A stretch of DNA of 63,997 nucleotides, the filler included, from Cercozoa sp. M6MM (lineage: Eukaryota > Protista > Endomyxa: Ascetosporea): assembly GCA_040357565.1 (NCBI GenBank). It is 11 parts of 11 records of this genome, joined end to end, with 100 filler letters (N's around TTAATTAATTAA, not from the genome) between each part and the next. Parts side by side here need not be neighbours in the genome. Positions count along the whole stretch, not along the records: positions 43,464 to 60,143 come from JBDODJ010000279.1; positions 60,244 to 61,738 come from JBDODJ010002012.1; positions 61,839 to 62,885 come from JBDODJ010002206.1; positions 62,986 to 63,997 come from JBDODJ010002229.1; 7 more parts are not named here. One strand, 5' to 3'. The notes beneath the pieces were generated by a model. That model did not search any database and was not told where the DNA came from. It worked only from the letters and a program-made list of their open reading frames with translations. Of this stretch, positions 56,600-63,997 are shown piece by piece. A program made the translations under genes and the position numbers. Positions within the stretch are counted from its first letter, which is position 1. The number at the start of each line of letters is the position of its first letter.

Positions 56600-59500
56600 A
56601 TCGGACATGTTTATGAAGATGCGTGTTACCATCAGGTTTGGGGCCTGCAGTGGCTGGGCAAGAGCAAATAGTGCGAGTTCAAGCACCTCAGCGACCTCAC
56701 CTGCAGCCACTATCACAATCACTGCCGCCGCAACAGCAGCGACAGCAGCAGCAGCAGGGACTGGAGCACTCGCCAACGCCATTTCAGGCTCCACCTCCAT
56801 CGGCGTTGCCTATGCCGCAACTGCCGCCGCAACAACGCCCGATGCAGCAGAGTGCACCCGGGCCGATGCAGTTACCACAACAACAGTTTCCCGAGAGCGG
56901 CATTCATCCAAGTTCAAACCCGTTTGTATCGCAGGTAGAGTCATGTTTTAACTTCCTGAGTTCCCTTTGTTTCAACTCTCCGCATTGCAGACACACGCGC
57001 GTCTGCAGCAGCAAATACAGCAAAATTTGGCCACAAGACTGAGTTTGCAGCACTTGTACTTTTCTTTCTGTTGTATCGGGATTTAAATTTACTAAAACTT
57101 AGTTTAATAAGAGAGTTTCTGTAGGTTGACTCAGCATCCGACACTGCTGCAGCAACAACTGACGTCGCTGCTCTTGCAGAATCCGTCGCTGCTGCAGCCG
57201 CCGCAAGCTCCAGAAGTCGCCACTTCTGTTCAAGCAACCCAGACGAGCGAGATATTTGTGCAAACACAGAAACCGGCGCCTCCTTTACTGGTCACAGTGG
57301 ACCCTTCCTTCGCGATTCCCGGTGAAGGCGTAACTCCGCAGCCTGGTACTAGACATCATGCCCTACTCCAGCGACAGGTTTAAAATGAGATCTGGTTGCC
57401 ATGCAGCACTTGGCTTGGGTGCGACAGCGCAGGGCAGCGAAAGAGCCACTTTCGCAGTGTTTCCTTTCGATGACTTCATGGACAGTCGAGAAAAGTCTGG
57501 TCCCGAAGAGGTCGAAGTGTGCCAGCATTCGTTTAACTACAGTCGGTAACAGACTAGGTTTACAGGCAATTTGTGTCTTAATTGTATGTGTGTTGTATGC
57601 TTGCAGGTGTGTGGGACCTTCGTGTCACAACCTGTTGGCGTGGAAGCAAGAGTACTACGATCGTGACGCCGCTGTGTCTCCTTCAGGTGCCTCCACTATA
57701 CATACCAGAGTGCGAGACATTAACGTTTGGTGACAGAGCTGGTCGTTGAGTCAAGTATTAAAGTGACGTCTGGGAACGCAAGTGACAGCACGGAGGAGGA
57801 CAAGACTCACACTGCACCATCAAAGGACGAGGTGTGGCTGCAGTGTCCCGACTGTCACTGTATCTTTGACGCCCGTCGCTTTCCTGTTTTCGCCTATGAT
57901 CACGCACGCACTGCAATGTACTGTCGGGATTTTCTTTGTGCTTTCATCATCAAAGAAATATGCGTCTACAGGAAGGAGGAGGAAGAGCGCACTCGAATCA
58001 ATCGTCGCATTGGACGAAAGCGACTGCGTTTGGAGGTAGTATTTGAATTGTCAGACGGGACAGAAGTAAGTCGAAGACATGGGGGAACTTAGGCATTGGG
58101 TCGTGGTATGGTGACAAGAGGCGCGCGTGTTTCGCCTGCTACCCCTTCGCCTATGACAACGCTCGTAATTTACCTTTCGCATATATCAGTGTGCAAGCAA
58201 GTTGATTGAGAATACGAAAGCAGCCACCCGTGTCGCATGACGACGAGTCGATCGAAACCACCGGTGGCACCAAGTACTATGAGTGCACACATTCGTGCTG
58301 CGGACACACTCGCTTCACGAAGCGAGGTGCACGGTAAGCGCTCACCCTCCCCCGTGTTTTCTTCGCCTTTTCTTACGTTCGCTTTTTGCGAAGAGATCGG
58401 CACACTGCGAAAGATCCTCATCCAAACTGTCGACCCGGCTGCCCTCGTTACGGTTTCCGCGGTCGCAGGGTACTTGCTTCTATCTTTTCGGTGAGGCAGG
58501 GGTGTAAATTTATCATTCAGGTGAGACCGAGGACGATCTTTGCTGATGACGACGAAGAGTTTATGCTTTGACTTAGTGTTTGCGTCCTTCGCTAATCAAA
58601 AACGGTGTCAGCAACTCCCATTTACGAGATCCGCGCGGGAGGTTTTTACGTGGGTCAGGAAAATAAGTTTAGAATCGTCCCCAATCAGATTCAGTATTTG
58701 AAACTGAAGCAAGCTGTTGCAACGAATTGGTGCGCTCTGCGCACTGCAAGTGTAGTCGTAGTAGGATGTCAAAGGACAAGCACGATACGCAGCCCGAAAG
58801 CGAGCCTAAACGCCACAAACACGACCGTCATCTCGAGAGGCGTCACTTTCGAGCTGAACCGCGCCGAGATTTGCTCGACTGTGCTTTCCATCTACGTATC
58901 TATATAGGATAAAGCAAAGAGTTTATCTGTTTTGCGAAAGGGAACGCCCAACTCCAACCGGGAGAGCTTCCACACCGACTGCGCCGAGAACCTCCTCCAG
59001 AGGTTATCATGCAAATCGAACAAAGCAGAGAAAAGGCGTTCCGGCCGATTCTTCGCCGCCTCGAAGAGCCTCCGTTCGACAAGGACGAAAAGAAAAGATA
59101 CCGTCGACGCGTCACAAAGCGACCTCTTCCGGAGTTTCGCCCTGCAAAGAGCGAGGAGGACGCACCTCCTCTCACTGGAACCGGCAAAAAGCGCTCTGAC
59201 ACATGCTTTCAGGTACCTGCGTTTTCTGGCTAAACCCCCAAGCATGTCAACATAGCTCTCTCGGTCACAATTTCGCATTGACGGAAATCACAACGCTCCA
59301 CCGTGCTGGTTCGTTCCGCACATTGACAGCCGTCGCTCGCAGAAGCAGATACAAAAGCTGGAACGTGCTGTCGATGAGCAGGATGAACGTTTGCATCGCA
59401 ACGCTCGAGCAGGCTGTCCCTCGGCTCGTCTAGCTCAAAACTTAGTAAATTGAAACATAACACTGCAGAACAATTAAACTTAAAATTTGAACTGCTCCAG

Positions 59501-59752
59501 GAGGCACGACGCAGCGTACCGCGCGGCAGAAAGTATCGAAACTACTCAAGTTCGGGAATGCGCAATGCCTTTAACAGCAACTCTCGAGAACCTTCTTCTT
59601 CCGAATCTTCAAAAACCCGCTCCTCACCAACTGACCCCGAAAAAAGAGCGCTCGAGGTACAGTGTTGGCAACCTATTGTATTTTCCAAGTGACTGTTACT
59701 TCTGCCTTTTTACGTCAGTACCGACGCACCCGCGCCATCCGAAGTCTTGTGA
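56600..59752 (+). CDS. Gln/Pro-rich hypothetical protein(s); start and exon structure uncertain (may begin near 55.8 kb)
   Basis: Q/P-rich exons at 56623-56933 and 57125-57345, a CPDCHC motif near 57840, and basic/acidic exons at 58770-59212, with GT-AG boundaries. Confidence 0.45.
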
Positions 59753-59879
59753 GCGCCCGTGAACGCGGACAAGTACGCAAACTGATTTAACTTTTAAGTC
59801 TGCGCATGGGACCGGGGCAGGCGGCGTCTAATGCGAGCGTCTTGTTGCCAGGTGAGCAACGTAATGCGCACGCACTACG

Positions 59880-59934
<55 letters not shown>

Positions 59935-60243
59935 TGTACTCTAGATGGCAACGGCCGTCGTGCCTCTTGCGCGGCGCGGATTGAATTCGAGTAGACTACA
60001 TTCCCGTATTGGCTCCAGTGTCGGAGCCTTTTGGAACGGGAGTGCAACGTTAACGTAGCAAGTGCTGGTTAGAAAGTACTGTACCTTGTTCCCCAGTTTC
60101 GGCCTAGCGTTACTGTGGCTAGCTGGATTGCCTGTTCTACCATNNNNNNNNNNNNNNNNNNNNNNNNNNNNNNNNNNNNNNNNNNNNTTAATTAATTAAN
60201 NNNNNNNNNNNNNNNNNNNNNNNNNNNNNNNNNNNNNNNNNNN

Positions 60244-60289
<46 letters not shown>

Positions 60290-60327
60290 CGCGGGGTCGG
60301 GCGGGTGCAGGGGGGGGGGGGTAAAGC

Positions 60328-61160
60328 ACCGAATCGTCGGCCAGCAGCAGCACGAAGAGCGGCCGCCGACAACGCGCCGCTTCCGCCAGCGCCAGTGCGA
60401 TCGGGCCCTCGAAGAAACGCGGAAACTGCCGGTCAGTCGGCTCAGACATCGGCTCAGACATCGGCTCAGGTAGTGTGAGCCCAAGAGACGGCAGTCGGCG
60501 GGCGAGCACGTGCGACACCGGCGGCAGCGGCAGCGGCGCGCGCGTCCACGGCAGCAGCGACCAGCCGAAGGTGACGAGCCAGCCCAGCGGCCACGACTCG
60601 ATCCACTGCGTCCAGCTCTGCTCTTGCTCTTCTCCTAGTTGTTGTTCTCCTAGTTGTTGTTCTTCTGGTTGTTGTTCTTCTGGTTGTTGGTGTTGTTGGT
60701 GTTGCAAAGACTCAGTGCCACTGCTTGGCCTGACCACCTCGCGACGGTACTGCGGCTCAACTCGCTCCAGCTGACCCAACTGCGGTACCGCCTGGACCGG
60801 CTCATGAGCCGCAACGTTAACTCCTGAGCCCATCGACTGCTGAGTCGATGCACTCATCAGCGCGAAATGCGTGTTCACGGCCTGGTTGACATCGCCGTTG
60901 CAGTCCTGCACACCGCGAAGGTTACACGGGATCAACAGAGACACAAATATGGGACCTGCAACAGCTCCCGCAGCTTCGCCTGGTCGTCCACGCCGGTGCT
61001 GTCACATCAGAAACACGCATCAGCAAACATCACTCGGCCGCCGGGCAGCGCAATTTAGTTTTTCGATCCTTCCAAACACAGACAGAGCAGCAAGAAAACA
61101 ACATTTGTGATCAACTTACAGTTCGGCGAGTAGAGCGATGGCCTCGTCACTGTGACTCAT
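60328..61160 (-). CDS. FAF2/UBXD8 (Ubx2)-like protein: UBA-like domain, membrane hairpin and start of UAS domain; 3' truncated
   Basis: TGVDDQAKLRELLQ|DCNGDVNQAVNTHF (UBA-like), WPLGWLVTFGWSLLPW (hairpin), PRFFEGPIALALAEAARCRRPLFVLLLADD (compare FAF2 PVFYQGTYSQALNDAKRELRFLLVYLHGDD). Confidence 0.75.
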
Positions 61161-61432
61161 CTTGAACGCACTGGCACACGTTTGAACCACTACTTATACT
61201 ATCTTACAGTACTGAAGATGAGCTCAGCTGGCTGCAGGTCACCCATAAGTAGATTTTTCCTTGGCTGCTCCGGCACAGTGCGGTTGTTCCATTGTGTGTA
61301 GTCTCGTGCCTGTAGCTATTTGAGCTCAGTTTAAATCACCAAGAATTGAATAAGACAGCACGTGCGTGAGAGCAGTGCACTCGAGCCCAAGTCATTCTTT
61401 GATCAGAGTGTTTTTGGCGGGAAGAAACCCAG

Positions 61433-61623
61433 ATGTCGGACCTGCTGCAGCTACGCGGCCTCGGACCGGCTGCTTTGGCCACGGTGTGTTTGTGTTTTTC
61501 TCTGTCCCTCTTAGTCCCCCTTAATCCCCCTTGATCTCTTATTCTCGCGGTGCAGCTGAAGAAGTTCGGCATCTCGAGTGTGTCGCAGCTGGCCGATGTC
61601 ACCGACACCAAGATCGACGAGAT
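61433..61623 (+). CDS. Helix-hairpin-helix N-terminal fragment
   Basis: MSDLLQLRGLGPAALAT|LKKFGISSVSQLADVTDTKIDE fits the L.GLGP.....L...GI..V..LA HhH pattern; truncated. Confidence 0.55.
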
Positions 61624-61838
61624 GTAGGCTTTTGGCGTTTAACCCCCCCCTTTTACCCCCTCCTTACCATACTCTCTTTTACCCCTCCTTCACACTCAGT
61701 TCCCTTTATTCTGAACTCCTTACCCCCCCCCCCTGCAGNNNNNNNNNNNNNNNNNNNNNNNNNNNNNNNNNNNNNNNNNNNNTTAATTAATTAANNNNNN
61801 NNNNNNNNNNNNNNNNNNNNNNNNNNNNNNNNNNNNNN

Positions 61839-62885
61839 CGTCTCCTCGCGTCTTCTTCGCGCTTGCGTTGCTTGTGTCCAGGCTCGTCTCGCGTCGTCGC
61901 GTCGCGTCCCCTCGTTCGGTTTGCGAAACAAGACTCTACAGAAAACCGCGTAGATAGAATGAGTGAGTAAAATAGTACTAAGTACCCTCGTTGTCCGCGC
62001 CACTGCATCGCCGTGAGTTCGCGCCAACGCATCGCTGCTTGCGAGCAGGGCCAGCTTCACAAAGGAGTGATTCTGCTTTGTTCTATAAAAAAGCATACAG
62101 TATATGTGATACGATACAGAAATCGATCCCATGAACGCATTACAACGTACGAAGAAAGCAAGGCTTGAGGAGTAGAAACCCTGCACCTGCTCGCGGCTGC
62201 CAGCAGAAAATGTGTCTGTGACAGGCAAGCAGTCGTGCTGCCACGGTGTCGTCCGTCATGCGCACAGACTCCACGCGTTAAAGAATGTGACCAGAGCGTA
62301 GAAGCCAAGTTGGTTCTCTGCTCCCCGTACGTGATGCAGCATCGTATAAGCAAGGAACGTGAGTACCGGTCGGAAGAATCAAGAAGAGACGCGAAAGTGC
62401 ACGCACTGCGAACTTGAGGTCGTCTGGTGCTGCGAGCAGGTCGGCGGTGTCATCGGTGAGGGCACGTTTCTGGCGCGACGTAGCGCCGGATAACGTACCC
62501 ATCTTAAAAAACCCCAATAAACTCGACCCTGAGCCAACCGTAGGGAGTTTATACCAGTTCAGCTGCGCTGAGTTTCCACCAGGTGCACAGCAAGTGGCCT
62601 AGTGTCTAAACAAGGGACACAGAGATGATGCACAATTTACAAAAATTAAAGCACAGAAAAGCGCAAACAGTAGCACACCGCCATTCGACAAGTCTCGTCC
62701 TGTTCAAGAGCCTTGCAGCAGGTCAACAAAAGCTCCATAGGAGTGAAAGGACGCACAAATCCGTCAAATCGACTCGCACTGGTCGGCAGTCGGTTTTCAA
62801 CCACGCCGGCTGCGCCGCGCTTCTGCTTGCACGTCGCACACTTCGCTCGGAGTGCGTGCCAATCCCAACGCAAGTCCACAACCCC
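61839..62885 (-). CDS. Hypothetical protein, internal fragment
   Basis: Several open minus-strand segments bounded by GT/AG (e.g. DLLAAPDDLKFAVRALSRLFLILPT). No family recognised. Confidence 0.4.
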
Positions 62886-63082
62886 NNNNNNNNNNNNNNN
62901 NNNNNNNNNNNNNNNNNNNNNNNNNNNNNTTAATTAATTAANNNNNNNNNNNNNNNNNNNNNNNNNNNNNNNNNNNNNNNNNNNNTTTTTTTTTACATGT
63001 GTCTCACTGTGTGGTCACCACGTGGTCACACAGAGTGAGTGGTCACATGTGTGCATGTTGTCACTTCCGCGCGGATGCACAG

Positions 63083-63940
63083 TGACGTCGAGGCGCTGCT
63101 GTACGACACGGACCTGAACAGTTCGTTCCTGCGATTTCGGCACCAGCGACTGCGACTGGAGCGTGCCGTGCCGCACAAGACTCGGTACTTTCTTGCCTCC
63201 GCGCGGACGGGTCATTTCTGACACGTTTCTCTCTGTGGCAGACACCACGCGCAGTTTTCGATGGCCTCGCAGATTCTGCAGCAGCAGCACAGTGCTCCGT
63301 CATCCTCAGGTACACACGCACCCTTAATTAGCTCTATGTTAAGGCTGCCATCTTGTACAGATGGACCAGACGGCAGTACCGTACATGATAGTCTCCTGTA
63401 CGCACTGCGACAACGGTAGGCCTGTTCTGGGGGGGGGGGGGGAAAGGGGGGGGGATAAGAGGAGGTTAAGTGGGAGGTGGTGAAGAGGAGATACGGGGGG
63501 GTAAAGGGGGGTAAAGAGGGGGGTAAAGAGGGGGGTAAGAGTCGGCGTGTACGTGACACAGCGCGCTGACCGACGCGGCGCAGCTGCAGGACATTCGCAC
63601 ACTGATCACCAACACGATGGTCTGTCTCTCTGTGACTATACTGTACACATGGACTGTACACATGGACTGTACATATGGACTGACTGTACACATGGACTGT
63701 ACACATGGACTGTACATACAGGTGACGAAAACCAAGAACACGGACCGGTGGAACTGGAGCGCCATCGCCGCGCTCCTGTCGCCTGCCGGCGCACACGGTA
63801 CAAACTGGACCGTCCGAACAGTCCTGTACGGTGGTACAAATGGACACACTAATTGGACGCATTTAAAGGTGCCGGCGATGGTCTGCTGTGGCACGTGCCG
63901 ACGCTGCACTACGTGCTGCACTCGCGCAAGGACAACTTGG
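63083..63940 (+). CDS. Probable RICTOR/Pia/Avo3 (TORC2 subunit) internal fragment
   Basis: Spliced LQDIRTLITNTM|VTKTKNTDRWNWSAIAALLSP resembles the RICTOR middle motif V...K....WNW..I..LL..P. The match is short. Confidence 0.5.
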
Positions 63941-63997
63941 TGCACTCTTACCCCCCTTCTTACCCCCCTTCTTACCCCCCATCTTACCCCCCCCCCC

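Overview
This is eukaryotic (protist-like) nuclear DNA, not prokaryotic. It is an artificial concatenation of 11 contigs/scaffolds joined by 100-nt spacers (44 N + TTAATTAATTAA + 44 N), so adjacency across spacers means nothing. The region is gene-dense, with many short GT-AG introns (mostly about 45-150 nt) and the standard code. Genes reconstructed by hand-splicing include akirin, MOB1, SLU7, UBA2/SAE2, RPS13, copine, Tudor-SN, a TauE/SafE transporter with a mitochondrial-type presequence, PP2C, SNRNP40, HMG-CoA synthase, an ABCA transporter, a myotubularin, SAE1/AOS1, a FAF2/UBXD8-like gene, a probable RICTOR fragment and several orphans. A decayed LINE 3' end and a second structured, microsatellite-tailed element also occur. 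Main unexplained signals: (1) a perfect 10-bp palindrome, TCCGCGCGGA, occurs nine times in introns and in all three coding frames, with extra CpG-to-TpG variants, resembling cyanobacterial HIP1; (2) an atypical intron grammar with GTAC-dominated donors, weak +5G, and strand-polarised (TG)n and TACCC(C) repeat tracts; (3) near-strict alternation of gene orientation. All gene models are manual and have no RNA support.
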